Source: Prasinococcaceae sp. CCMP 1430 (lineage: Eukaryota > Plantae > Prasinodermophyta). From it: a stretch of DNA of 64,000 nucleotides. Position numbers and translations under genes: made by a program. The notes under the pieces were generated by a model. The model worked only from the letters and a program-made list of their open reading frames with translations, was not told where the DNA came from and did not search any database. Shown piece by piece: positions 34,508 to 47,388 of this stretch (the stretch's first letter is position 1; every line of letters starts with the position of its first letter). The stretch covers positions 2,514-66,513 of the forward strand of contig RQSC01001231.1 in assembly GCA_013416795.1 (NCBI GenBank), in the 5' to 3' direction.

Positions 34508-37500
34508 ATGCTGGCGCTGGTGGCCGCCGCGGTGCTTGCCTTGGCGCTGCCCGCTGGAGGCGAGATGTCAGGTGCGTCCCGGGAGCCGGTGCGGCTGCAG
34601 CCGGCGCCACCGCTGCCGCTGCCGGTGCTGCTGCCACAATCGTCGCTGCTGCTGCCATCGCCGCCGCTGCTGCTCGCGCCCCTGCTCCCGCCGATGCTGC
34701 TATGGCTGCTGCTGCTGTAGCTGCGGTAGTGGCAGCAGTTGCCCGATGCAGGGCCACGCGACGGCGCCGCGCCGCGCTGCGCCCTGCAATAGAACGCAGC
34801 TGACGCTCCTCCACGCGCCCCTACCGAACACGCGCTGCCATCTCGCCAACTCGCAGTGACGTCGGTGCAGCCGCGCGCTCTGCCGCTGCGCGGTGGCACC
34901 ACCGTCACCGTCCATGGCACTGGCTTCGTTGACGCGCCGACGCTTTCGTGCAGGTTCGGCCTCTCGGACGTGCCAGCGTACTTCGACAGCACGGGCACGC
35001 TGCACTGCATCTCGCCACAGGGACCCGCGGGCTTCGCTGCAGTCCAAATCGCGCTAGGTGGGGACGGCGACGGCGACGGCGACATCACCCGTTCGTCAGA
35101 CACCACCGTGCTATTTCGAGCGCCACCGTTGGTGACGGCGGTGTCGCCCGCGGTGGGTGTCGCTCATGTGCCGACTAGCGTGCACGTCTTTGGAGGCAAC
35201 CTCGTCGCCGGCACTGCGTGCGGCGTGCGCACAAGGGCTGGTACCGCGGAACTGCCCGGCGCTCGCGTCAGCAGTGCGCTGACGCGCTGCGAGGTCGGGC
35301 CGCTGGCGATTGGACTCCACACGCTTGGAGCTGGCCTTGCCTCAGCGGATGAATCGGTGCCGCTTGTGCTGGACTCAGAGCTGCCGTTTCCGGTCATGCG
35401 TGCGGGAGAGGGCGCAACTCGCGTGAAACCCCTGGTTACCGACGAGGGAGGTGGAGTTGTCGTCGAAGTCGACACCGGCGCAGTGCCAGACGTTTTGGGC
35501 GTCTCCTGTTCTTTTGGTACCACCACACATGTGCGCACCTGGCACTCGCGCAACGTCCTGAATTGCGCAGCTCCTGCGCGAGCGCCTGGCCCGACGCTGC
35601 TCGCCCTATCGCCTGAGCAGTCGATCGCACGCCTGGGCGACGGAGAGCGTTTCACGTACGTCTCGACTGCAGGCCCATTTGAGATTGTGCCAATGATGAC
35701 GGCAGCCAGCGGTGGCACCTTAGTAACTGTGACCGGAGACAGCTTGCTAAACGGAGCTGTCAGTTGTCTATTTGATGGCAAGGAGGTGCCAGCTTCGGCA
35801 GGCAGTGGGGCGTCGTGGACTTGCGCGTCTCCTCGAACTGGTCCCGGATTCGTGCCATTGCATCTCGTGAACCACGGGACCACGGTCGCATCCTCGCAAG
35901 TGCACGCGGTGGCGGAGGCGTCTTTGACCTCCTCACAGCCTCAATACTCAGTCGAGGATGCGACGATCGTGCGTCTGCAAGGCGAGCATCTGCACGCTCG
36001 CGTGGCCTGCGACCTTCGATACGGACAACCATCCGCAGTACACTTCGTGTCAACAGGGGTGGTCTTCTGCATACAGACCACCCAAAGCTCGTCGTCAGTC
36101 TCAGTAATCGAGGTAGACGACGTGCGCAGAGGGGCTGTGCCGTCTGTCGACACCAGTGACGTGGCCGTCATGCAAGAGGAGGGCGGAGATGTGGTCGCGA
36201 TCCAAGGCGATGGCTTCACCACAGACAACAGCATCACAGTGCACGTTGGAAGCATAGCGCTCAATGCTGCAAAAACACATTCGTCGAGTGCTCTCGAATT
36301 CATCGCACCCGCAACAAAATCCAACAGATACGACCTGGCAATATCGATTGACAAACAAACCCATTCAAACACAATCACCATTCAATCAAACCAACAGATC
36401 ATCCCTCGGGAAATCGAACCGATTCAAGGGCCCGCGAGCGGCGGCTCGATGGTGTCCGTGCACGGCTCGGGCGTGGGCGCCTCGAGCGCGCTCTCGCTGG
36501 GCTCGTCTCGCAGCGCCGCGTCTTCTTCTTCGTCCGACGGCGCTTCGCTGTCCGGCGTGTCGCCGGCGTCTTCCTCGGGCGCCGGCTTCGTGGGCGTGGG
36601 CGTGGTGACGGGCTCCGGCTCGGTGTCCTGGGGCTTCGGCGTGGTGTACGAGTACGCCGAGGACTCCGTGGTGGAGTCGGTGCGTCCGCGCACCGGCGCG
36701 GAGGGCACGCTGCTTTCGGTGGGCGGCGCCCACCTGGTGGGCCCCTCGCCGGGCTGCGCGCCCGTGTCGAGCGGCCTCCGCGTGTGCGAGGGCGGCCGCG
36801 AGACGTCTCTGGCTGGCTTTTCGTTGCGCTCGGTGGGCTCGGTGGACTCCATCGAGCCCTCCGTGGGCGGCGAGGAGGGCGGCTCGGTGGTTTCGGTGGT
36901 CGGCAGCGTGTCTTCGCTGGCCGAGGCCGGGCTGGCCGCGTGCGCCTTCGGCGCGGTGGGCGGCATCACCGCCGCCCGCGGCGGCGCGGACACGCTTGAG
37001 TGCGCCTCCCCCGCGCGCGCGGCGGGCTCTTCCTCCGTGGAGGCGAGCGCGCACGGCCACGCGCACGAGTACACGACGAGCGGCGAGCAGTTCACCCACC
37101 TGAGCGGCTCGCTGGTGGAGTCGGTGTGGCCGCTGAGCGGCCCCGCGAGCGGCGGCTCGATGGTGTCCGTGCACGGCTCGGGCGTGGGCGCCTCGAGCGC
37201 GCTCTCGCTGGGCTCGTCTCGCAGCGCCGCGTCTTCTTCTTCGTCCGACGGCGCTTCGCTGTCCGGCGTGTCGCCGGCGTCTTCCTCGGGCGCCGGCTTC
37301 GTGGGCGTGGGCGTGGTGACGGGCTCCGGCTCGGTGTCCTGGGGCTTCGGCGTGGTGTACGAGTACGCCGAGGACATGTTGTTTCAGAAATTTTATCCTC
37401 ACTTCTTCAGTGTGGGATCCGTGGCGAATGTCGAAGGGTCACATTTTGCTCTTTCATTACTTAGGCAGAAGATTGATATTGCTACAGTTGGCTTCGTGTC

Positions 37501-40339
37501 TTCGGCAGTGTATAGGCATGAGGTTGGCTGCTCTATCGGGCAAGGTCTTAGTGACTCTGGTACGTTTGTGTCTTTCCCTGGCTCGCTTAGCCCTTTGGTT
37601 TGTCTTTCTGTCGCGTCGGTTGAGGACATCGCTCCGCTGGCAGTCTCCGAGGCCGGTGGTACTGCTATCACTATACATGGGCGTTTCTCTGGCTCTGTTG
37701 AAGAGGCCACATGTGCGTTTGGTGCCGTGTCCGCAATCTCAGCCGTGGTTGTGCATGCCGGTAGTGTCATCGAATGCATCGCCCCAGCTCTTGCTCTTGG
37801 CCAGGCCATGGTGCGGACGTCTGCAAACAGTATTGACTACTCGTCTCAGCGGATCGTCATGTCCGTGGTTGCACCTGCCGGTGTTGCAGGAGTCTATCCC
37901 GATTATGGCACGACTGTCGGTGGCAGGGGCGCGCTAGTGTATGGCAACGGCGTTGGCTTGGAAGCAAATCTTGCGGCGAGGGGATTGGACATCGTCCTCT
38001 TCGGAAATGAGGCTGGGATGGTGGTGTCTACGGACTCGGCCGGCTGGCTGAGACCAGATCTGCTTGCAGCAATGCCTGATGCATCCTTCAGTATGGTGCC
38101 AATGGTGCGTTCACCCGGCTTTGTCTTGGTGTCGCTTGTGGAAGATTCGCGCAAGGAGCGGGCCCTATTCTTGTACCGCGCCGTCCCTGTTGGCACTGGC
38201 GTCCAGCCATCGCTCGGATCCGCTCGAGGTGGTTTGCGTGTGGCCCTGAGTGGTCAAAACTTGTGGCTAGATGGCCCAAACTGGGTGTGCGCTTTCGACG
38301 ATGTCGCTACGCCTGTTCACCTTGTCTCGAGCACTTTGGCCCTATGTGAGGTGCCGGCGGGCGCAACTGGATCTGCAAGTGTGTCGATTGCTGAGGCCGG
38401 CGCGGGCAAGCCGATGCCCCATCGTACAAACGCATCGTTTGTCTACATGCGTGATGCGGTCATCATTGACGTCACCCCTAGCTACGGCCCTGAAAGCGGT
38501 GGCACCGTTGTAGGTGTGAGTGGGAGCACATTCGCCGATGCCATCCACCATGCATGCTCATTCGGCGCAGTCGGCCACATCGCGGCCGCAAGGCAGGCTG
38601 ACTCTGTGATTGAGTGTGCATCGCCAGCCCACAGTGATGGATATACGGACGTCAGGGCACAGAACACGCACATTGTCGCGCCGTCTGGCGCAGGACCGAC
38701 GTTCGAGTTCCGCGTTGACCCAACGCCACATGCTGTCATTCCTGAGATAGTGAATGAGGGTGCGGGAATGAGAGAAGTGCTGCTAGTGGGCACTTCCTTC
38801 GCGTTTCCGCTCGAGGTGGCCGTCGGTCAAGGCACGGCGGGTGTCCTTGCTGTTGTCCCTGAACGTGCACCGTTTTTAGGTGACGAAGCAACCGTCCGCC
38901 TGCCAGTAGGTACAGTGGGCTTCGCCCCAATCCATGTCAGGACGCGGGACAAGGTGCTTGTGCCACCGCACGGGTCGCTACTGCAGGTGGCAGTCGTCTC
39001 GCCGCCGCGTATCGATGCAGTGCAGCCTGCAATCATGGGCGCTCGTTCCGGTGGAGTGGTCACCCTCCTCGGAGCAGAGATAATGGACCACGTGTCGCGC
39101 TATTGCTATGTTGGTGCGCGGCGTGGGATGCTCGTGAGACGCTCCTCGACTGTGGCAACATGTGAGGCGCCTGCGGCCGCTGAGATTGGTGACTACGATG
39201 CCGAGATGTCGGTGGGAACTGAGGCTGCACCAGAAGGCACGAGTGCGCCAGTGCATTATCACATCGAGCCTGAGCTGTGGTTCGTGAAGCCAAATCACGG
39301 TGCAGCGGCTGGTGGCACCTTGGTCTTCGTGGCTGGATCCGACTTCAAGGAGGGTTCGAGCTGCAAGTTCGGCTCTGTGGTGGTAGCAGGCGCGGCCGTG
39401 CCAGCGAGCTCGCGTGCGCAGTGTGCATCGCCAGCCGGCGCGCCGGCGCAGACAGTTTGGGTGAGCATCGGCAGCAATGGCCATGACTACTACACGGATG
39501 CCTCGCACGCGGGTGCTTTCGTGTATGTGCCCAACCCCGAGGTGGCCTCGATAGATGAGCCCGTCGGCGCAGCGGGTGGCGCGCCGCTCGTCGTTCGTGG
39601 GTCGAACATTTTCCACACGGAGCATGTGCGCGTGCGGGTGGGTCTCGTGGACCTCACTGTGGCTACTGCTGGAGATGGCTTCGTTAAGCTCTTGACCCCA
39701 CCGCCACGCTTCCCCGGGTTCGTGCCAGTGGAGGTCACTGTTGATCAGGGCAATTTCACTTCTCAGGGTGTGCAGTACTTGTACACGGATGCGCCAATCG
39801 TGCACATGTTCCAACCTGAGCGTGGCCCGGCACTCGGCGGTACCAACATGATGGTGTACGGCGAAGGCTTCGCCCTCGGCGGCAGCGCGTCCTGCCAGTT
39901 GGGCAGCCGCGCCACCTCCGCGGTGTTCTGGTCGACGATCGTGATGACGTGTGTTGACGTGCCCAGCGCCCCTGCGTTGGGCGAGGTGGAGGTTGTGGTC
40001 TCAACTGGTGGTGATCACATGGCCTCTGTCCCCAATACCAATGTCCAATGGGAATACCTCGCAGAGATCACTCTGAACAGTATGAGGCCCTCCGTCGGAC
40101 CCGAGACTGGTGGTGTGATTGTCAACCTCTACGGACAGAACTTCGGAGAGCCAGCTTTTGGCTTGATGTGCAGGTTCAAGACCGTGTATGTTGCTGGTTT
40201 CCTCGCGACCGGATCAAGTGACGAGAGCTCGCATGCCACGTGCGTCTCGCCGAGCATGGGAGAGGGAGATGTAGAAGTTGCAGCGAGCAACAACCTCAAG
40301 GACTTTTCGTCAGACAGCAACCCCACCTTCTCAGTCTAG
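34508..40339 (+). CDS. Large secreted IPT/TIG (Ig-like) multi-repeat protein; exons 34508-34571 and 34857-40339
   Basis: Signal peptide MLALVAAAVLALALPAGG is spliced in frame through CAG|GTGCG...TCGCAG. Many repeats of the type P..G...GGT.V.V.G..F...CxFG...C.SP. Confidence 0.85.
36431..37375. repeat. 234-bp intragenic direct repeat (36431-36664 and 37142-37375)
   Basis: Both copies encode PASGGSMVSVHGSGVGASSALSLG...VVYEYAED; offset 711. Confidence 0.92.
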
Positions 40340-40391
40340 CTACTGTAGAAAGTAGTCTAGTTGTAATCTATCAGCGGTTACTACAGTTCCA

Positions 40392-41856
40392 TTGCCTGAT
40401 TGGGAGGGCCAGTCTCGCCTGGAGCGTCACCTGCCATGCCCGGTGCGCGCGATCGCTCGGCATCGACCCCCTTCGGTGGCTGCGGCGAGGTCATATCGGG
40501 CACTCGGTCTTGGCCGCCTAGCCCCCTCGCGAGGTCCCGCGTGGCTGCAGCTGCCTCATGCCCCGCGCTCCGCCACCCGCCCGGGCCTACCTTTCCCCGC
40601 CCGCCGCTCTGCGATTCCCCGTCGCCCGCGGCGGCGCAGCAGGCCACCCGGCCGACCGCGCCGCTTCGGCGAGCACGCCCTCCGCCCTCCGCCCTCCGCC
40701 CGCGGCCCGCNTCATTTGCGTGCCGACCAAGGTACGTACGCGCGTGCACTCCTGCGCTCGCTCGCGGGCGCGCCGTGTGCGAGCCCGTGCGCGCGCCGCG
40801 GCCGTGCGAGCGCCACCCCTGACCGCCTCGCCCGCGCGCGCGCGCAGGAGCTGGGCGCGCAGCTGGCGCTGCTCATTTGGCGCCTGTTGGGCGGCAACAC
40901 GACGTCCGCCGAATCGCGCGGCCCCGGCGACGCGACCAACATGTTCCAGTACATGGGCCCGCGCGGCGTGCGCGTGGTGGGCATGCTCGACGACGACGAC
41001 GTGACGCGCGCCACGGAGGACTGCCTGCTTGACGGCGCGAGCATCGTCGTGGGACGCCCCGACGTGCTCAATGAGGCCTACCAGCGCGGCGCTCTTGACA
41101 TGCCCTCGGTGCAGTACCTGGTGGTTGACGAGGCCGACGAGTGCCTCTCGCGCCACTACGACGCGGTCGCGGCGCTGCTGGCCAGCCCGCCGGGCGGCCC
41201 GCGGCAGACGGTGCTGTGCGGCGCGACCGTGCCGCGCACGCTGCGGCAGGCGGCCGTGCGGTCGCAATGGGTCATCGGCGAGCCCGCCCTCATCTCGGAC
41301 AGGCCACTCGCCGCGGCGCGCGCTGCGGAGAGTGAGCGCGGCGCCGCGGAGGATGGCGAGGGCACCGGCGAGGGGGGCGCCGCCCAAGGTGCCGCTCGCG
41401 GGGTCGGCCGAAGAGGCGGCGAGGCTTGGAGCTGCGCTCACGCGGGACTGCGGAAAGGGGTCGATTGCCGAGGGTGAGCGCTACCTGTCGAGGGCGGTGG
41501 CGCTCGCGGCCTCGCCGGCGGGCGCCGCCGCCGAGTCCGCGTCCGTGTCGGTGCACGCGCGCGCGGCGCTCATCAGCAACCTCGCCGCACAGGAGAAGGC
41601 GATGGACGCGGCGCAGCTGCTCTGCGCCGCGCTGCTTTCGGAGGCCGCCGACCACGAGATGGTGGGTGCCAGCGAGGACGCGCGCGACGCGCTGCGCCTC
41701 GCGATATCGGACACGCTCGACGCGCTGGACGCGGCGGTCAAAGGCGCGGGCGCGACTGCCGTTCTCGCGGACAAGGCGCGCCAGCGGCTGCAGGACGTCG
41801 CCAGCCAGGCCGCACAGAGGCGACGAGTCGTATACATGTCGGCCGCTGTGCGCTGA
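40392..41856 (+). CDS. DEAD-box helicase-like protein, partial; exon structure uncertain and N at 40711
   Basis: ELGAQ, IVVGRP, YLVVDEADECL and RQTVLCGAT. No C-terminal helicase motifs seen. Confidence 0.65.
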
Positions 41857-42788
41857 GCCAGGAATTTTCTTCAAACTTTGGCTAGCTGTGGCAACACCAG
41901 GCGCGTGCAACGTCGCGGACGGTCGCACAGTGCTTGCTGGGCAGGCAGGCTGGGCGCCCGCGGGCGGGTGGGCGCTCGTGTGACCTCGAAGTATCCACGC
42001 ACCGAGAGTTCCTCACCGTGCCAGGTGCAAGATGTCTCTGTGTGACGATGCTATGTAGCTGTGTTCTCTCCCCCTCTCTCTCTAGAGTAGCTAGAGCTTG
42101 CAGGCATTCGGTACGAAGTAAGTACAGTAGCTACTGTAGTACTACTCTAAGCCTACCGAAAGCGTTGTGCACAGCTGAGAGGCTGTGGCCGACTCTCCCG
42201 ATTTGCTGACCTCCCTCTCACTATCTCGACTGGTGCGGCTAGCTGCTTCCGCTCTGCAGCAGCGCTGCCACTCGCCACTTCTAGAAAATGCAGCGCAAGC
42301 GCATCGGTGGTCGCAGCGCGCTCTGCAGTCGACCGGCTGGCGGCCAGTGCCAGCCGCGTAAGTGCCTGCCAGTCCCAGCGGCTTGCCGGCTCCTCGGCGG
42401 CCGCAAAGCCAAGCAACGCACCAGAGGCGCCTTCCACCGCCTAGCAGCGCACCAGCCCACTTGAACCACGCCACAGCAGCCCAAGCGCCCACGCGCTCGT
42501 GCGCTCCGCGCGTGCCCGTTGTGTGCGTCGGCATTGCCGTTTTGGCGATGGCGAAGAGGCACGCCCGCTCGTTGCGTGGAAAGCGCGAAAGGGCGCGCGA
42601 GCCTTTCGCGCGCGCGCGCGCGCGCGCCAGGCTGTGCGGGACTCTCCGCCAGCATCGCGCTTGCGGGGAGAGCGCGATGGAGAGGCGGGGGAGGGGGGGG
42701 GGGGCGTCGCGGCGCCACACGGACACATAGAGGGGAGAAGCGGGGAGCTGCGCGCGTGCGCTCGGGCATTCGCCTCGGGCGAGACGAC

Positions 42789-45700
42789 ATGGCCGGCACG
42801 GGCGGGTACACGCGCGCATACAGCGCAGTGCCGGCAAACGACGATGGAGGCGACGGTGGCGGCTGCAGCGCCTTGGATGCCCTCGGGCCGCGCACGCGTG
42901 GGGCGCACGGGAGATGGATCTCGCGTGCAACACGTAGGGTCGCGCAAGCGCAGGTGCGCCGACCGTGGCTCTTCGTTGCCATGGGCGCGCTGCTCGCAAC
43001 CCTGCTGGGTAGCTGGGCGGCGTGCGAGCGCACGCAGCTCCTCACCGCGCTTGAGACCTTCTTGCCCCGCGGCACACGCATCGCAGACGCAGATCACGTC
43101 GCCATGGTGCTACGAGATGACCCCGGCGGCGCTGGCCTCACGCGTCTGGCGCCACCTGCCAAGGACGTCTACGCCCCTGAAGGCGAGCTTGCGCTGCGGG
43201 CGAGGGCCTTGCTAGATACTGAGAGCGCTGGGGATGCCGGCCGCTATGATCCTGGCTCCCACCCCTTCTACGTGCTCTTTGAAACTGTTGACCCCTCTGA
43301 CGACATTTTCAGCCCTGAAAATGCGCGTGTGGTTTGCGAGGCCAAGCGGGCAGTTGAAGCGGTAACCACCAGGCGCGCGGCGTGTCTCCAAAGCGCGATC
43401 GCGCCCGGCTACGGTCCTCCCCCGGACCGCCTCGCGCGGAGCTGCTGGGGTGGTGCCTCGGTGATGACGCTGTCGACATTCGTGGACGTGCAAATGCGCC
43501 ACCTGATTGGCCTTGCTTCAAACCCCAAGGTGGCGCGCGCGCTGGCGGGCCCTGTGAAGTTGGCGTGCCGCGCAGCCGCAGCAATGGGTACACCGCTCAC
43601 ACCCCCGTGTGGCAGCCGCTCGTCCCTCGGCTGCGACGACGTGGATGCGTGCGACGCGCCATGCTTAGTGCACGGCCTCGACGTGTGCGAGTTCCTGATC
43701 GAGGCAGATCCGCGCGTGGCCGAATTGCAGGCGCTCTCGGGGCTGCTCCAACCTCCCGCTGATGCGAACGGCTGTGGCACTGGCGAGCTCAACACAACCT
43801 CGCTCTCGCTCTCACTGGCCGGTCTGGGTGCCACCATTGCCTTCTCTGGACGCGCAACAGCGCCTTCGATGACGCGCGTACTGCCGCACGAGGGCGGCCG
43901 CATGTTGGTATCGCGCGAAGCAGCGCTCGCCGCTGCCGCGGGCGACACGGCGGGCTGCCCACCGCGCTCGAGCGTGACGCGACTAGCGTACGACCTTCGC
44001 AATGTGCCTGCGGCACTTGAGTACGCGGAGGAGGCTGGCGCAGCCGCGCTTGCGGCTGTGCGTGCGTACGGCGAGGGGCGCGTTCGGGCCTCCTGGCGTG
44101 ACTACCCCGCATTTGAGCACGAGGCGGACACGTCCCTGCTGCAAGACGCGCTTTGGTGCGTGGGTTCAGTCATCTTTGTGTGCTGTTACATGATCTGGCA
44201 CACACAGAGCGCCATCATTGCGGCTGGAGGAATCGCCTGCGTGGCGGCGTCTTTTCCCGTGTGCGCGTGGGTGTACAGGGTGGTGCTAGACATCGAGTGG
44301 ATGGGGGCATTCAATTTTATTGCGCTCTTCCTGGTCATAGGGATCGGCGCGGACGACATCTTCGTGGTTGTAGACTACTGGCGGCAGGCGCGAATAGGCC
44401 GTTGCTCACGCACTGGAGTGACAACTGACCGCACGCTGCGTCTCGCGTGGGCGCTGGAACACGCCGCCGTGTCTATGGCCTGCACCAGCGCCACCACTGC
44501 CGTGGCCTTCGCAACCAACTTCGGTAGCCCTATTCCACCTGCGAGACTCTTTGGGATTTTCATGTCAAGCCTCGTTGTGGCAAACTATGCTCTCGTTCTG
44601 CTCGTCTTCCCCTCCTTCGTTGTGCTGCACGACAGAATGGTCACCGCACGCCACGCAGCGAACAAACATGACCACCGCGACTCCCATGGCCATGGCAGGA
44701 GCGACGATGCATGTGTATGCGGTGTGTATGAAGGCACAGGCGGCGCTAATCTAGCGCCCGACACGTCGCCAATAGCAATCTCAGAAGGTCAACGTTCTCA
44801 ACCACGGGCACCTTGCCACGGGCGCAGCCTCTCTGCCGACATTGAGGCCGAGTGGTGCATCAACCTCAGCAATGCGAGTGTCGACGCGAGTGTCGCCGTC
44901 GCCACCAGTATGGGCGACGTATGCACCGCCGCCGGTTGTAGCCGCGGCGATAACCTGAAAGGCATCTTCACCTTCCAGGAACTCCAAGAAGTCGGTACTG
45001 ACCGTACGGCTGGCCGTGCCATTGAGAGTGGCAATGCAAGGGGCGCGTGGACGACAAATGTAGGTGTAGGTGCACCTGATGCTGCGGAGGGAGCAGCAGC
45101 CGAAGAGGCCAGCGCGTGGGTGCCAGTATCAGAGATTGATATTGCAAATGCTTCAAGGGTCTCTGACCAAGGCGGCGAGGCGACCGCTGCGGCCACCGCT
45201 GGCAACCATGCAGTTGCCGACGATGCGACGGTGCTTGCGACAGCGGTTCTGCGGAGTGCTGTCGCTGACGCTGCAGCGGTCACACGACATGAGTCGAAAG
45301 GCAACGACGATGAAACGAATGACTGCACTTGCATGGAGGACGAGGACATCACTAGTGAGTCACAGCCGCTCCTCGGACCCGGCACGCGCGCGCCTGCGCA
45401 AGCGTGCCACGCGATTGTGCCCAGCACTGTGGGATCGCCGACCGGTACGGCGCGCAGTGGGCTCACGATCGAGCGTGCGACTCGTCACCCACGCACGCGC
45501 CAATACATGCGCGCGCGGGCATGGCTGCGTCAGGTCTCCCCAGAAGGCTTCGCCACCTTTTTCGGCGGCTGGTACTGTGACTACATAACCCGCAACTGCA
45601 TGCGCGTGGTAGCCGTCGCGGGGCTTGCTGTGCTCACTGCCGTGGTAGGGGCCGCACTCTCGCTCCGAGGGCCTGATCGCCTGTTTCAGATATTCAGAGA

Positions 45701-47131
45701 TGGTCACAACACAAATGAGTACTATCGCATGGAGCAGGCATACGATGGCACCGCCTCGCTCATCCGTCCGCGCCTTATATGGGGTTTGACACCCAGCGAC
45801 AGGGGACGCCGTGATCTTCCTGGCAGCTTGGGTACGCTTGATGTTGACCCGCGCTTCGACATGTCAGGTGAGGATGCACAAGTTTTCTTGTTGGGTCTGT
45901 GCAAAGAGCTCGCGAGCACGGAGCACGGCGAAGAGGGCCCAAACGAAAGGGCTGCACGCATGCTGCCAGGGAGTCTTTCTTGTGTGCACCTTGACATGGA
46001 CAAGTGGCTCAAGGAGGCACAGAGGCACGCCGACGTGTGGGCAGCTGGCGGCGGCGGGCGCACTCAGGAGCTCCTGCTTCCCCGTGGACTACCTGTTCCG
46101 TCCAACGTATGGCCGGCGGCACTCTCAGCGTGGGTGCACTCCACACACTTCAAGGGAGGCATCACACCCGATGGACAAATGGAGGCAACTGGTGTGTGGT
46201 TTCACAATGGAAGTGCCGCCTTCGATGGCGCCGAGAGCCTCAATGGTCGTGCCGGCTCGGTCGCCGCCTTTTCCATCGGCTTCTATACGCGCACAACCAT
46301 CTGGCAGTCGTACGATCACATGGAGCCGCAGTATGACTACTGGCACGCGTGGTTAAGCGAGCGCCTCGCGCGAGCCCCCCCATCGCTGCGCAGGGGCTTC
46401 CTAGCGTCAGAGGTGGGCTGGTCTATCATGCAAACGCAACGCCTGTTCGTGCGCACAGCTTGGACGTCAATGTTTGCATCTGTCGCGCTTGCATTTGTGA
46501 CTCTCTTCGTGGCGACGCGCGACGCACGCGTGGCTGCGTGCGCGTGCGTATGCATCGGTGGCGTGGTGGCGCTCTTTCTGGGATTCATGGTTTGCGCGAA
46601 GTGGCGGCTCAACATGATCGAGAGTGTCTGCATGACGATACTGGTGGGTATGGCGGTTGACTACGTCGTGCACGTTGCGAGCGCATATGTGCGCTGCCCC
46701 GATGAAGAGCTGCACAAGGCAGAGACTGAAGCCGAAGCGGCCGCCGCTGTCTGCGAGACCTTCACGAGCGGCACGGCACGGAACGCGCGCGCACGTGCGC
46801 GCGCAGCCTACGCGCTGTCAGCGATGGGCCCCCCTATCGTTGGAGGATTTGTCACTACGGTCGGGGCATCGGTCTTCCTTTGGCAGTGCAGCATCGTCAT
46901 GTTCGTGCAGTTCGGCGTCTTCGTAGCAGTGGTGCGTGTGCGATATGCGTGCAAACTCGCGCGCCCGCTCTTGCACGTGCTTGCTTTGCCGAGATGCTCA
47001 CACCGCGACTGCGCATCCCACTGCGATCGCAGGTGATGACGCTCTCGCTCACGTTTGCGTCAACGGTGTTCCCCGCGCTGGCTTTGTGCGTCGGCCTCGA
47101 GCCTTCGCCCTCGCGCGCATTCGCGACATGA
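42789..47131 (+). CDS. Dispatched/Patched-like RND protein with a sterol-sensing domain; terminal intron at about 46934-47033
   Basis: FLVIGIGADDIFV, TSATTAVAF and ILVGMAVDYVVH, with 1+5 and 1+5 transmembrane spacing and two large lumenal domains. Confidence 0.88.
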
Positions 47132-47388
47132 TGCAGCCAGCGACGAACCGCTGAGTGCCTGCGCCGACTCGAACGCTCCATAGCCACAGCAGCTACTGTA
47201 GCTACTGTACTGTAGTGTGAAATTGCAACAGCGGCAGCAGCAGCAGCAGACAAGCTAGGGATAGGTCGAGGTCGAGAGAGGGGAGGGCGCGGGTTACAAG
47301 CCAGCGCGGTGCTCTTGGGCGCGCGCGAGCCCCTCGCTGGCGCCGCACCGGTCGTGGCGCGGTCACAGCGACCGTACCCGCGGCCTGC

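Noticed and set aside
36424-37377. 317-aa antisense Pro/Glu/Ser-rich ORF matching the GC-rich cassette
   Set aside because: It is explained as a stop-free shadow of the Ser/Gly-rich IPT frame.
17812-40711. Single N bases (17812, 26607, 28461, 30360, about 33979, 34455, 40711) as possible frameshifts or pseudogenes
   Set aside because: They fall in extreme-GC stretches and look like contig joins, so nearby truncations cannot be called pseudogenes.
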